A stretch of DNA of 64,000 bases from Squalus acanthias. Lineage: Eukaryota. Within the stretch, counting starts at the first letter, position 1. Every line of letters starts with the position of its first letter. Shown here in pieces: positions 36,705 through 49,129 of this stretch. The notes beneath the pieces are model-generated. The model worked only from the letters and a program-made list of their open reading frames with translations. It had not been told where the DNA came from and searched no databases. The position numbers were made by a program, and so were the translations under genes. Where the stretch lies: assembly GCA_030390025.1 (NCBI GenBank), contig JASTWF010000351.1:62001-126000 (forward strand), read 5' to 3'.

Positions 36705-39700
36705 ATGAAGATAACCATAGCCAGCCTCAACATCAATGGCAGCAGAGAGGCACGCCGTAGATTTAATAACTTCTCGTCCCTTCGGGAGGGGAGGCATGCG
36801 GTGTGCTTCCTGCAGGAAACTCACACCGTTCCGGGAGACGAGGCCACGTGGCTCCTGGAGTGGCGAGGAGGGGTCAGCATGAGTCACCTCTCCAACATTT
36901 CCGGTGGGGTGGCTATCTTGCTGGCCGCGCATTTTCAGCCGGAGATCTTGGGGATCAAGGAGCATGTGCCGGGCCGCTTGCTCCAGGTCACTGTTCGCCT
37001 GGGGGGCTTGCCGCTCCATTTAGTGAACGTGTACGCCCCCCAGGCCGGTGCACAGCAAGTGCGCTTCTTCGAAGAAGTGTCCGCTCTTCTGGGCACCGTC
37101 GACGTCGGCGAGTGCGTCATCCTCGGGGGGGATTTTAATTGTACCCTCGAGGCGAGGGACCGTTCGGGCCCTCCGCGAAGCCTGGCGGCGACGGTGAAGT
37201 TGAGGGACCTGGTCGGGTCCTTCGACTTGGTGGACGTCTGGCGAAATCTCCATCCCGACTCCAGCGCCTTCACGAGCGTGAGGTCTGGAGGAGGAAGGTC
37301 CAGAATTGACCGCCTTTATATTTCCCGGGCGTACTTCTCCTGTGTTCCGGCGGCTTCCATGCGGCCGGTGCCGTGCACGGACCACCACCTGGTGTGGGCG
37401 GAGCTCGCTCCGTTGCGGGCGCTGGGGGGGTCCGCGTACTGGCATTTTAACAACCTGCTGCTGGAGGACGTGCGGTTCCGGGATTCGTTTCGCCGGTTCT
37501 GGGCCGACTGGAGAAGGAAGCAGGGGGGCTTCCCCTCCTTGAGGCTATGGTGGGACGTGGGCAAGGCTCACGTCTGTCTCTTCTGTCAAGAGTACGCGAG
37601 GGGGTCGACCAAGAGGCGGGAGGCCCAGGTCGGGCGGTTGGAGAGGGAGGTGCTCGACCTGGAGTCCCGTCTCGGTCAAGTCGTCGAAGACCCGGCCCTG
37701 CGGAAGATGTACGAAGAGAAGAAGGGCGCGCTGAAGGACCTGCAGCTGGTCGGGTCCCGAGGCGAGTACGTGAGGTCGCGGATCCAGTTCTTCTGGGAAC
37801 TGGACCGCGGCTCCCCCTTCTTCTACTCGCTGGAAAAAAGACAAGGGGTCCGTAAGCAGCTCTTGGGGCTGCTGGCCGACGACGGATCTCTGGTCTCGGA
37901 TCCGGAGGGGATCAGCGCGGAGACCCGAGCCTATTACGGGGCTCTGTTCTCTCCGGATCTGTCCAGCGAGGATGCGCGCAGAGTTTTGTGGGAGGACCTG
38001 CCGAAGGTCGGCCCGGAGGGCGTCGAGAATTTAGAAGCTCCGCTAAGCTTGGCGGAGCTGACCGGCGCCCTCGGCCAGCTCTCGAGGGGAATGTCCCCGG
38101 GGCTGGACGGGCTGACCGTGGAGTTCCACAGGGCATTCTGGGACGTCTTGGGGGGCGACTACGCGCGGGTCCTGGGGGAAAGTCTGGCGACCGGGGAGAA
38201 GCCCCTCTCTTGGCACATCGTCCTGCTGCCCAAGAAGGGTGATCTCCACCTTTTAAAAAACTGGCGCCCGGTCTCCCTCCTCAGCACGGACTATAAAATT
38301 TTTGCCAGGGCCATGTCTGCCCGCCTCAGCACCATGCTGGCCCACATGATCCACCCCGACCAGTCCTACACAGTCCCGGTCCGGACAATCCACGACAACA
38401 TCCATCTGGTCCGGGACCTAGTCCACCTTTCCCAGAGGACTGGTCTGTCGGTCGCCTTCCTTTCCCTGGATCAGGAGAAGGCGTTCGACACGGTGGATCA
38501 CGAGTTTCTTTTCGGGACTCTGCGCACATTCGGGTTCGGGACGCATTACGTCGACGGATCCGACTTCTGTACGCCGCCGCGGAGTGTCTGATTAAAGTTA
38601 ACGGGTCTTTGACGGCGCCCCTTGGCTTTGGGAGGGGGGTACGTCAGGGATGCCGTTATATGCCGTTTGCGTGGAGCCTTTCCTGCGCCTCTTGCGGAAG
38701 AGGTTGACGGGACTGGCTTTGCAAGGGCCGGGCGTGGAGGTCATCCTCTCGGCTTACGCCGATGACGTGCTCCTCATGGTCATGGATCCCGTCGACCTGC
38801 GGAGGATGCGAGAATGCCAGCAGATTTACTCGGACGCATCCTCCGCCAGGATCAACTGGGAGAAATGTTCTGGACTCCTGGTGGGCCCATGGCAGGTGGA
38901 CTCCCTGCCGGAGGAGTTCAGGCCCTTCGCCTGGAGCACAACGCACCTCCTCTACTTGGGAGTCTACCTCGGCCCTACCGAGGACACCTGGCCGGCGAAC
39001 TGGCAAGAGCTGGAGGCCAAAGTCACCGCTCGCCTAGGACGCTGGACGGGGTTGCTCCGAGTGTTGTCCTACAGGGGTCGAGCTCTGGTCATAAACCAGC
39101 TGGTGTCCGCCACGTTGTGGTACCGGTTGGTCACTTTGATCCCTCCCCCTGCGTTTGTCGCCAAGATACAGAAGATGCTCATCGACTTCTTCTGGGACAA
39201 AAGGAAGCACTGGGTCTCTGCCGCGGTTCTGTGTCTCCCGCTTAGGGAGGGCGGTCAGGCGCTGGTGTGCCTTCGCACCCAGGCGGCGACTTTCCGTCTT
39301 CAGACACTGCAGAGATACCTGTACGTGGAGAATCCTCCTAGGTTGCGTGCGCTGGCGACGTATTTCTTCTGGCAGATGCACGGACCCAACTACGACACGC
39401 AGCTCCTGTTTGTGGAATTGGGCCGCACGCGAGCCTACCTGTGGGAGCTGCCTTTCTTTTACCAGGAACTGCTATGGGTCTGGAACCAGGTCGCCTCCAG
39501 GCGGAGTTCTCCCCCGTCAGGAGTGGCGGCTCTCCTTTGGGAGCCGCTGCTCAGGAATCCGCACCTCCACGTCCGACGGGTCGGGTGGCTGGCGGAGGGC
39601 AGGGCTGTGCCTGGCAAGGTGACCAGAGTCAGGGACCTGCTCGATGGCGGAGGAGCGGGCTGGATGGCGCCGGAGGAGTTGGCGCGGCACCTCTCCTGGG

Positions 39701-40580
39701 TCGACGTCTGGCGCGCGACCAAAGCCATCGAGTCGCTGAAAGTGGCACTGGGCCCGGACTCCACTAGGTGTATCGAGGAGGCTCAAGCACGTAGGGCGAT
39801 CCCGTCCGAACTGACCTCCGTTCGGACGGAATTCCTCATCGGCGCGCGGTCCCGAAACCCCTCTTGGGAACCGGCACGTCACAACTTGAGCCGTCTCGGG
39901 GAAATGCCCTCCGAGCCCTTCAGTTCTGCATGGAGGGGTTTCCTGTACGGGCTGCTCCTGCACACTTTCCACTTTGTCATCTTCGCCTGCCGTCTGGACA
40001 CGCCTCGGCATGCCATCTTGCCGTCCGGCGGAGGCGAAGGTCCCCAATGGAGGGCTCTCTACGCGGGAGTCCTCCCCTTTTCTATTGGGGACTTGGCCTG
40101 GAGGGTGTTGCACGGAGCAGTCCCGTGCAATCGGTTTTTAAGTAGGTTCACAGACTCCCAGGCCGCCTGTCTTTTTTGCGGCCTCGGGGAGTCCGTGTTC
40201 CATGTGTACGAACAATGTGAGAGGTTGCAGCCCCTCTTTGAATATTTGAAGTGCTGCTCCTCGCTTTTTGTTTGCACTTCAGTCCCACGCTCCTGATCTA
40301 CGGTCACCCGGTGCGGAGGGGAGAGGGCAGGTCGGAGGACCTCCTCGTAGGACTGCTCCTGAGCCTGGCCAAAGTGGCCATTAACAGGTCCAGGCAGCGG
40401 GCGGTCGAGGGGGTCGTTCGGCCCTATTGCCTGCCTCTCTTCCGCGGCTATGTTCGCGCCCGGGTGGCCCTGGAAATGGAGCACGCGGTGTCCGCCGGCA
40501 CACTAGAAGCTTTCCGAGACCGGTGGGCGCCGCAGGGACTGGAGTGCATCGTCTCCCCGGACAATGTTATTTTAGTTTAA
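36705..40580 (+). pseudogene. Tx1 ORF2 copy 4, frameshifted
   Basis: ORFs 36687-38591, 38650-40296 and 40251-40580. The conserved RQGCP-region is damaged by a deletion at ~38652. Confidence 0.9.
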
Positions 40581-40641
40581 TGGGATAAGTTTCATTTGAA
40601 GTTTTGTTAATTTACAGTCGTTTTATGTTGACTCAAAAGAG

Positions 40642-41175
40642 TGCAAGGCCTACAATTCAGAGCAGCTGAAGGCAGTTAATTAGGGAAACTAGATTGAACT
40701 GGTTCTCCTGTAGCAGAACCCAGCAAGCTCCTTTGTTTCAGGGGCTATAAAAACAGGCTTTGCAGTGCGATTTTGCACTGAGTGCGGTTTAAACAGAGTG
40801 CTGCGAGTTGGATGAGTCAGGGAGTCAGGTGAGGAGTGGAAGGAGGAGCTCCCTTGCTTCGCCTTTGTTTTTCCTAACTTTTCACCCTGTAGGAATTGGT
40901 TCTTACTTTACACCAAGGAAAGAGGCCGAGAGCGGGAGCAGTCAAACAACAAGTGCGAAACCGCTAAAGTGACGTCACAACCAGGGAAGGAGCTGATTGG
41001 TAAGTAGGACCTGGTGAGTATTTCTACGGTCCAGTCATTAAAGTCAAAGTAAGGTCTCTAGTTTAGAGTAAGTAGTGTTTAAAGGGAAGTAAGGTCCCTA
41101 GTGTATTTAATATTCTTTAATTTAAAGGAAGTAAAGGGAGTAAATAAGGGTAGGACATGGCAGGGCAGCTCAGTA
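40642..41175 (+). promoter_or_regulatory. TATA/CRE/CCAAT-containing promoter-like segment, possibly the 5' UTR of a CR1 LINE truncated just after its ORF1 ATG
   Basis: TATAAAA 40746-40752, right repeat copy 40767-40856, TGACGTCA 40970-40977, ATTGG ~40996, donor-like GGTAAGT/GGTGAGT, and ATGGCAGGGCAGCTC at 41157. The CR1 assignment is from recall of similar ORF1 starts and is unverified. Confidence 0.45.
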
Positions 41176-41182
41176 AGGCTAT

Positions 41183-41798
41183 CTGACTGATTTACCTCAG
41201 GACAAGGGATGCTCTGTCTATTGTAACACCCCCTATTGCCCTCTGACCGATTTATCACAGAACGAGGTATGCTCTGTCTAAGTGGAGCGCCCCCTACTGC
41301 CCTCTGACCGATTTACGAGGAATGCTTTGTCTAATTGCAGCTGACTGATATACCACAGGACGAGGGATGCTTCGTCTATGTGTAGTGCACCCTACGGAAT
41401 TCTGACTGATTTACCAGAGGACGAGGGACGCTCTACCTAAGTGGTACACCCCTACTGAACACTAGCTGAATTAGCATAGGATGAGTGAGCTCTGTCTAAA
41501 TTTGGAGCCCCTACTGCGCTATGACTGATTTACCACAGCATGAAGGACGTCCTGTCTAAATGGAGCGTCCCCTACTGCCCTTTGACTGATTTACAACAGG
41601 ACGAGGAAGGCACCGTCTAAATGGAGCGTCCCCTACTGCCCTCTGACTGATTTACCACAGGACGAGGAAGGCACTGTCTAAATGGAGTGTCCCCTACTGC
41701 CCTCTGACTAATTTACAACAGGACGAGGAAGGCACTGTCTAAGTGGAGCCCCCCCACCCCCACCCCCGCTGCTCTCTGACTAATTTACCACAGGACGA
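41183..41798. repeat. ~62-bp satellite, ~10 diverged copies
   Basis: Consensus CTGACTGATTTACCACAGGACGAGGGATGCTCTGTCTAARTGGAGCGCCCCCTACTGCCCT. Confidence 0.92.
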
Positions 41799-41811
41799 TA
41801 AATGAAGATGG

Positions 41812-42342
41812 CAGATTTCTGTTTAGTCCCCTTGGAGGACAAGACACACCCAGCAGTTTGTCTAGATTGTGTAATTTGATCCTGTCTGCTGGAGAGTAAT
41901 CAAGATCTTTGCAATGTGCAATTTGATCCATTCATTGTGACAGCCAGGCTCCAGAGCTCACTGTGCTAAAACTACTGCTTTCAGAGGCATACCCTCCCGG
42001 GTTAGGAGCACTTACAGCGCTCACACTGCCGACCTGGGGTGAGGCCACTGAGGGATTGTAACATGAGGATGAGAATAATTAAATCACAGGTTGGTGTACA
42101 ACTTTCCCCCTAATTTTTTGGGGTGCACGGTCCCTTTAATGGGCTGTGCAGCCTATTCAAAATTTCTCACATTTCGTTCAAATGTCGGTAAGTGGCCTAC
42201 ATGTGACCTCCAGACAGTTTAGCGAGAATGTTGTTGGTGGAACATGAGCCAATGTAGGTCAAGGAGCACGCGGGTGGTGAGTGAATGAACCAGTTTATTG
42301 AGGTTGGAAGATGGGCGGCTGACCAGGAGAACATTGGAGTAG
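41812..42342 (+). repeat. Duplicated segment (partner 58066-59010) containing L2 remnants
   Basis: agatttctgtttagtccccttggaggacaagacacaccc...ggagaacattggagtag is present twice, each time directly after the satellite. Confidence 0.88.
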
Positions 42343-42967
42343 TCGAGTCCGGTAAATAACACTAAAATGTAATATTATGCATGTTGGAGGACCACCTCAG
42401 AATACGCTCTCATTTTTTAAACATTAATTTATTTAGTGCCCATTCCTTGTTGCCGTTGAGAGGGTGGTGGTCAGCCGCCTCCTTGAACCGCTGCGTTCTG
42501 GGACGGGGGAGGCGAGGGCGAACGTGGTGCAATTGTAAAGGGGTTGGGGTGGAAGAACGTGATCCAGGCCTGACAGTGGGCGGGAGAACGGGATCTATCT
42601 CCCGATTTGGATCACGTTCTTGCTCTCATTGCCCCTCCTTTAGACCTCGATCACTTTCTACCCCCTCCTCACTGTTCTCACCGTGCTCCCCCACCGCTAC
42701 AAGTTCCTGACCTTTTCTCCCCGGGTTCCTGACCTTCCACCCCGCCACGAACTCCTGCTCTTCCCCCTCACCCCCGACCTCTTGACATTCTCTCCCAAGC
42801 TCCTAAGCTTTTCCCGCCCCGATATCCTGAACTTCTCACCCCCCCGCGACTTCCTGATATTCTCCCCCCTCTCCGAGCTTCACTCTCCCCCTCTGAGCTC
42901 ATCTCCCCTCTATCCCCTCTCCTCTCTTGCCCCTTCGATCCTCTTCCTAAATTCGAAACTCTCTCCC

Positions 42968-45900
42968 TCCTCGATCCTCTCAAACCCTGCCCCTCGATCT
43001 TCTCAAACCCTCCCCCTCGATCCTTTCAAACCCTCCCCCTCGATCCTCTCAAACCCTCCCCCTCGATCCTCTCAAACCCTCCCCCTCGATCCTCTCAAAC
43101 CCTCCCCCTCGATCCTCTCAAACCCTCCCCCTCGATCCTCTCAAACCCTGCCCCTCGATCCTCTCAAACCCTCCCCCTCGATCCTCTCAAACACTGCCCC
43201 TCGATCCACTCAAACCCTCCCCCTCGATCCTCTCAAACCCTCCCCCTCGATCCACTCAAACCCTCCCCCTCGATCCACTCAAACCCTCCCCCTCGATCCA
43301 CTCAAACCCTCCCCCTCGATCCTCTCAAACCCTCCCCCTCGATCCTCTCAAACCCTCCCCCTCGATCCTCTCAAACCCTCCCCCTCGATCCTCTCAAACC
43401 CTCCCCCTCGATCCACTCAACCGTCCCCCTCGATCCTCTCAAACCCTCCCCCTCGATCCTCTCAAACCCTCCCCCTCGATCCTCTCAAACCCTGCCCCTC
43501 GATCCTCTCAAACCCTCCCCCTCCATCCTCTCAAACCCTGCCCCTCGATCCTCTCAAACCCTGCCCCTCGATCCTCTCAAACACTCCCCCTCGATCCACT
43601 CAACCCTCCCCCTCGATCCTCTCAAACCCTCCCCCTCGATCCTCTCAAACCCTCCCCCTCGATCCTCTCAAACCCTCCCCCTCGATCCTCTCAAACCCTC
43701 CCCCTCGATCCTCTCAAACCCTCCCCCTCGATCCTCTCAAACCCTCCCCCTCGATCCTCTCAAACCCTGCCCCTCGATCCTCTCAAACCCTCCCCCTCGA
43801 TCCTCTCAAACCCTGCCCCTCGATCCTCTCAAACCCTCCCCCTCGATCCTCTCAAACCCTGCCCCTCGATCCTCTCAAACCCTCCCCCTCGATCCTCACA
43901 AACCCTGCCGCTCGATCCTCTCAAACCCTCCCCCTAGATCCACTCAACCCTCCCCCTCGATCCTCTCAAACCCTCCCCCTCGATCCTCTCAAACCATCCC
44001 CCTCGATCCTCTCAAACCCTCCCCCTCGATCCTCTCAAACCCTCCCCCTCGATCCTCTCAAACCCTCCCCCTCGATCCACTCAAACCCTCCCCCTCGATC
44101 CACTCAACCCTCCCCCTCGATCCTCTCAAACCCTCCCCCTCGATCCACTCAAACCCTCCCCCTCGATCCACTCAACCCTCCCCCTCGATCCTCTCAAACC
44201 CTCCCCCTCGATCCTCTCAAACCCTCCCCCTCGATCCTCTCAAACCCTCCCCCTCGATCCTCTCAAACACTCCCCCTCGATCCACTCAAACCCTCCCCCT
44301 CGATCCTCTCAAACCCTCCCCCTCGATCAACTCAGCCCTCCCCTCGATCCTCTCAAACCCTCCCCCTCGATCCTCTCAAACCCTGCCCCTCGATCCTCTC
44401 AAACCCTCCCCCTCGATCCTTTCAAACCCTGCCCCTCGATCCACTCAACCCTCCCCCTCGATCCACTCAACACTCCCCCTCGATCCTCTCAAACCCTGCC
44501 CCTCAATCCTCTCAAACCCTCCCCCTCGATCCACTCAACCCTCCCCCTCGATCCTCTCAAACCCTGCCCCTCGATCCTCTCAAACCATCCCCCTCGATCC
44601 ACTCAACCCACCCCCTCGATCCTCTCAAACCCTCCTCCTCGATCCTCTCAAACCCTCCCCCTCGATCCTCTCAAACCCTCCCCCTCGATCCTCTCAAACC
44701 CTCCCCCTCGATCCTCTCAAACCCTCCCCCTCGATCCTCTCAAACCCTCCCCCTCGATCCACTCAACCCTCCCCATCGATCCTCTCAAACCCTCCCCCTC
44801 GATCCTCTCAAACCCTCCCCCTCGATCCACTCAAACCCTCCCCCTCGATCCTCTCAAACCCTCCCCCTCGATCCTCTCAAACCCTCCCCCTCGATCCTCT
44901 CAAACCATCCCCCTCGATCCACTCAACCCACCCCCTCGATCCTCTCAAACCCTGCCCCTCGATCCTCTCAAACCCTCCTCCTCGATCCTCTCAAACCCTC
45001 CCCCTCGATCCTCTCAAACCCTCCCCCTCGATCCTCTCAAACCCTCCCCCTCGATCCTCTCAAACCCTCCCCCTCGATCCTCTCAAACCCTCCCCCTCGA
45101 TCCACTCAACCCTCCCCATCGATCCTCTCAAACCCTCCCCCTCGATCCTCTCAAACCCTCCCCCTCGATCCACTCAAACCCTCCCCCTCGATCCTCTCAA
45201 ATCCTCCCCCTCGATCCTCTCAAACCCTCCCCCTCGATCCACTCAAACCCTCCCCCTCGATCCACTCAACCCTCCCCCTCGATCCTCTCAAACCCTCCCC
45301 CTCGATCCACTCAACCCTCCCCCTCGATCCTCTCAAACCCCCCCCTCGATCCTCTCAAACCCTGCCCCTCGATCCTCTCAAACCCTCCCCCTCGATCCTC
45401 TCAAACCCTCCCCCTCGATCCTCTCAAACCCTCCCCCTCGATCCTCTCAAACCCTCCCCCTCGATCCTCTCTAACCATCCCCCTCGATCCTCTCAAACCC
45501 TCCCCCTCGATCCTCTCAAACCCTCCCCCTCGATCCTCTCAAACCTCCCCCTCGATCCACTCAAACCCTCCCCCTCGATCCTCTCAAACCTCCCCCTCGA
45601 TCCTCTCAAACCCTCCCCCTCGATCCACTAAAACCCTCCCCCTCGATCCACTCAACCCTCCTCCTCGATCCTCTCAAACCCTCCTTCTCGAACCTCTCAA
45701 ACCCTCCCCCTCGATCCACTCAAACCCTCCCCCTCGATCCTCTCAAACACTGCCCCTCGATCCTCTCAAACCCTCCCCCTCGATCCACTCACCACTCCCC
45801 CTCGATACACTCAAACCCTCCCCCTCGATCCACTCACCCCTCCCCCTCGATCCTCTCAAACCCTCCCCCTCGATCCACTCAAACCCTCCCCTTCGATCCA

Positions 45901-46517
45901 CTCACCCCTCCCCCTCGATCCTCTCAAACCCTCCCCCTCGATCCACTCACCCCTCCCCCTCGATCCTCTCAAACCCTCCCCCTCGATCCTCTCAAACCCT
46001 CCCCCTCGATCCACTCAAACCCTCCCCCTCGATCCACTCACCCCTCCCCCTCGATCCTCTCAAACCCTCCCCCTCGATCCACTCACCCCTCCCCCTCGAT
46101 CCTCTCAAACCCTCCCCCTCGATCCTCTCAAACCCTCCCCCTCGATCCTCTCAAACCCTCCCCCTCGATCCACTCACCCCTCCCCCTCGATCCTCTCAAA
46201 CCCTCCCCCTCGATCCACTCAAACCCTCCCCCTCGATCCACTCACCCCTCCCCCTCGATCCTCTCAAACCCTCCCCCTCGATCCACTCACCCCTCCCCCT
46301 TGATCCACTCACCCCTCCCCCTCGATCCTCTCAAACCCTCCCCCTCGATCCACTCACCCCTCCCCCTCGATCCTCTCAAACCCTCCCCCTCGATCCTCTC
46401 AAACCCTCCCCCTCGATCCTCTCAAACCCTCCCCCTCGATCCTCTCAAACCCTCCGCCTCGATCCTCTCAAACCCTCCCCCTCGATCCTCTCAAACCCTC
46501 CCCCTCGATCCTCTCAC
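42968..46517. repeat. 23-bp C-rich minisatellite, ~150 copies
   Basis: Unit CCCTCCCCCTCGATCCTCTCAAA, with 22-bp variants (…CCACTCAA, …CCACTCAC). Confidence 0.98.
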
Positions 46518-46734
46518 CCCCTTGGACCCCCTCTCTGCTCTGAAACCCCCTCTCTTCGATCCGCTCTCCTCTGCCCATCATTCGGTCCCCTGACCTTCTC
46601 CGCACGGAGCCGAGTTAAGTTTGTTAGTGCAGGCCACAACTGCCGCACTGTTTGGCACTGTGCATGCACGACTGGATCGGGTGCGCATACGCAGTGCTCA
46701 ACGGAGGCGCATGTGTAATAATAATAATCACAGG

Positions 46735-48960
46735 GCTTCTCTCCTGAATGGCCTGGCTCTGAATTTAAGGTTATGTCCCCTTGTCCTAGATTCCCCCACC
46801 AGCGGACAAAAATCCACCACCTACCCTATCAATCCATTTCAAAATCCTATGAACCTCAATCAAATCACCCTTTATGCCTTAACCTTTTATATTCCGCCGA
46901 AATCAAGACCTCATAATTTAACACGGAGCCCTAGTAACGTTCTGGTGAATGCTTCAAAGTCCACTTATCTAAGGTGCGGTGCCCAGAAGTATATCCAGAC
47001 GTTGTCTAACCAGGGCTATGTACTGACTACTACATTTTAGTGATCTGTGTACACGGATCTCTATGGCTCTTTGTACCTCCACTGTTCCCAGCTTTTCCCC
47101 ATTTCAGTAATACTCGGATCTATCCATTTATGGTTCAAAACGGATGACCTCACACTTACCTGCGTTGAAATGCATCTGCCACAGTTTCTCCCATTCACTT
47201 ATATTATCAATGTCTTTTTGGAATTTTATGCTCCCGTCTACACTCATTGTGTCATGGGCAAACTTGAATATATGGCTCGGTATTGTGTTACCTAAGTCAT
47301 TAATAAATGTAGTTGAGGGAACAGAGCAAATGCTTGTGGGACACCGCTAGTCACTTCCTTCCAATGCGAGTACATACCCATTATTCCTACTCTCTGTGGG
47401 CGACACGGTGGCATAGTGGTTAGCACTGGTGCCTCACAGCGCCAGGGACCCAGGTTCGAATCTGGCCTCGGGTGACTGTCTGTGTGGAGTTTGCACATTC
47501 TCCCCGTGTCTGCGTGGGTTTCCTCCGGGTGCTCCGGTTTCCTCCCACAGTCCAAAAATGTGCGGGTTAGGTTGATTTGGCTATGATAAATTGACCCTTA
47601 GTGTTAGGGGGGGATTAAATATGTGGGGTTACGGGGATAGGATGGGATATGTTAGGGGAATTAAATACGTGGGGTTACGGGGATAGGGTGGGATATGTGT
47701 CGGTGCAGGCTCGATGGGGATTCTGTGTGAGAAAGCAGGGACAGGGTACTGGATTTGGATGATCAGCCATGATCGTATTGAATGGTGGAGCAGGCTCGAC
47801 GGGCCGAATGGCCTACTCCTGCTCCTAGTTTCTATGTTTCTATGTCTTCAACCGCCTAACCAATCTCCTAACCAGGTCAATAATATGCCTTCAATTGCAT
47901 GAGCTTTAATTATAACATTCTCTTATGTAGAACCTTATCGAATGCCTTCTGGAAGTCCATATAAACTACCTCTATAGACATTCTCCTCTCTACAACATTA
48001 GATACATCCTGAGTAAATTCAGTTATGTTCGTTAGACATGACCTGCCCTTTACAAACTCATGTTGGCTGTCTCTAATCAGCTGAAATTTCTCTTTGTGTT
48101 CATCACTCTGTCCTTAATTATACATTCCAATAACTTCCCTACAAGAGATGTTGAACTAACAGGTTTATAATTTCCTGGTTTCTCTCTCTCTCCTTTCTTA
48201 AATAATGGAGTTATATTTGCAATTCTCTAATCTAAAGGGACAATTCCTGAATCGAGAGAGCGTTGGAAGATTATGGCTAAAGCATCTGCAACTTCCTCAA
48301 CTACTTCCTTTAAAACCCTGGGGTGGAAACCATCAGATCCTGGGGATTTGTCAGGCTTTAGTCCCACTATTTTTTATAATACTGTTTTCTTGCTTAATTT
48401 AACTTCAGTGAGATCCAGTCCTTGATTCATTATTGTTGTCCCTGGAATGTCGGGTATATTATCCTCTTCCTCCACTGTGAAGTCTGACACAAAGTAATTA
48501 TTCAACAATCTGCCATTTCCTTATTTTCATTTGCAATATTATCCGCATTTTTTTAAAGGGCCCACATTACTCTTGACTACCCATTTTCTTCTAATATAAT
48601 TGTAAACACTTAGTGTGCTAATCTTGATAGCCCTCGAAAGTTTCTTTTCGTGTTCCTTTTTGCACCTCTTGCTATCCCGATTGTCTTCCTTTTCTGAACT
48701 GAAAACATCTGCAAGTCCCTTTGATTTGCACTTTTATAGGCTCTTTAGTTTTATAGTAGCTCTCACCTCTTTTGTCGAACATGGTTCTTTTATTTGGTGA
48801 TAGAGTTATTTCCACTTAGGGATCTATAGTGGTCCTGTGTTAAGATACTTTATTTTTTGATCACCTTTCACTGTTCATCTGTAGTTCGACCCGATAACAG
48901 GTTTGACCAGTTAGCTGTCGTCATTCTCTATCTCATCCCGTTAAAGTTAACTTTATAAAA
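46735..48960 (-). mobile_element. Old, heavily decayed CR1 LINE interrupted by a SINE
   Basis: Minus-strand remnants such as WKEVTSGVPQ, atggacttccagaaggcattcgataagg and a NYKPVS-like region. No long ORF. Confidence 0.7.
47398..47845 (+). mobile_element. tRNA-derived V-SINE (HE1-like) with CR1-derived tail
   Basis: A box TGGCATAGTGG and B box GGTTCGAATC. V-domain-like core tgtgtggagtttgcacattctccccgtgtctgcgtgggtttcctccgggtgctccggtttcctccc. Tail shared with the CR1 at 52570-52690. Confidence 0.88.
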
Positions 48961-49129
48961 ATCGAAAAATCTCAGTAACTGTGAGTCTCAACAAATTGTT
49001 GGACTTGGGGAGGTGTGGGGGCGGGGGGCGGGGGAGTCATCACAGTATAATTCCTTCCTCACTCTACACCCACAAAGGCTATGCTTTTAGCAGAGATCCA
49101 CGAGAACAATCAGGAGCCAGAGTTGGAAT

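Larger units (their letters stand above)
34052..40641 (+). mobile_element. Tx1-clade element, copy 4 (divergent 5' half, native short 3' end)
   Basis: Starts at the equivalent of 13054. Ends ...gactcaaaagag. Confidence 0.92.

Noticed and set aside
13414..40484. Many antisense and alternative-frame ORFs inside the Tx1 copies
   Set aside because: Expected in GC-rich coding DNA. They recur only because the copies are homologous, and have no recognisable motifs.
12526..40641. Array as a false assembly duplication
   Set aside because: The copies differ by many substitutions, private indels and distinct junctions. Unlikely, although long-read confirmation is still needed.
12438..40856. LTR retrotransposon bounded by the 90-bp repeats
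   Set aside because: No TG...CA ends, protease or integrase. The enzymes are APE plus non-LTR RT.
42683..45631. 982-aa Pro/Ser-rich ORF
   Set aside because: A by-product of a stop-free 23-bp minisatellite (23-aa period = 3 units), with no non-repetitive domain.
47398..47470. tRNA gene
   Set aside because: A and B boxes are present but run into the SINE core and CR1 tail, so this is a SINE head.
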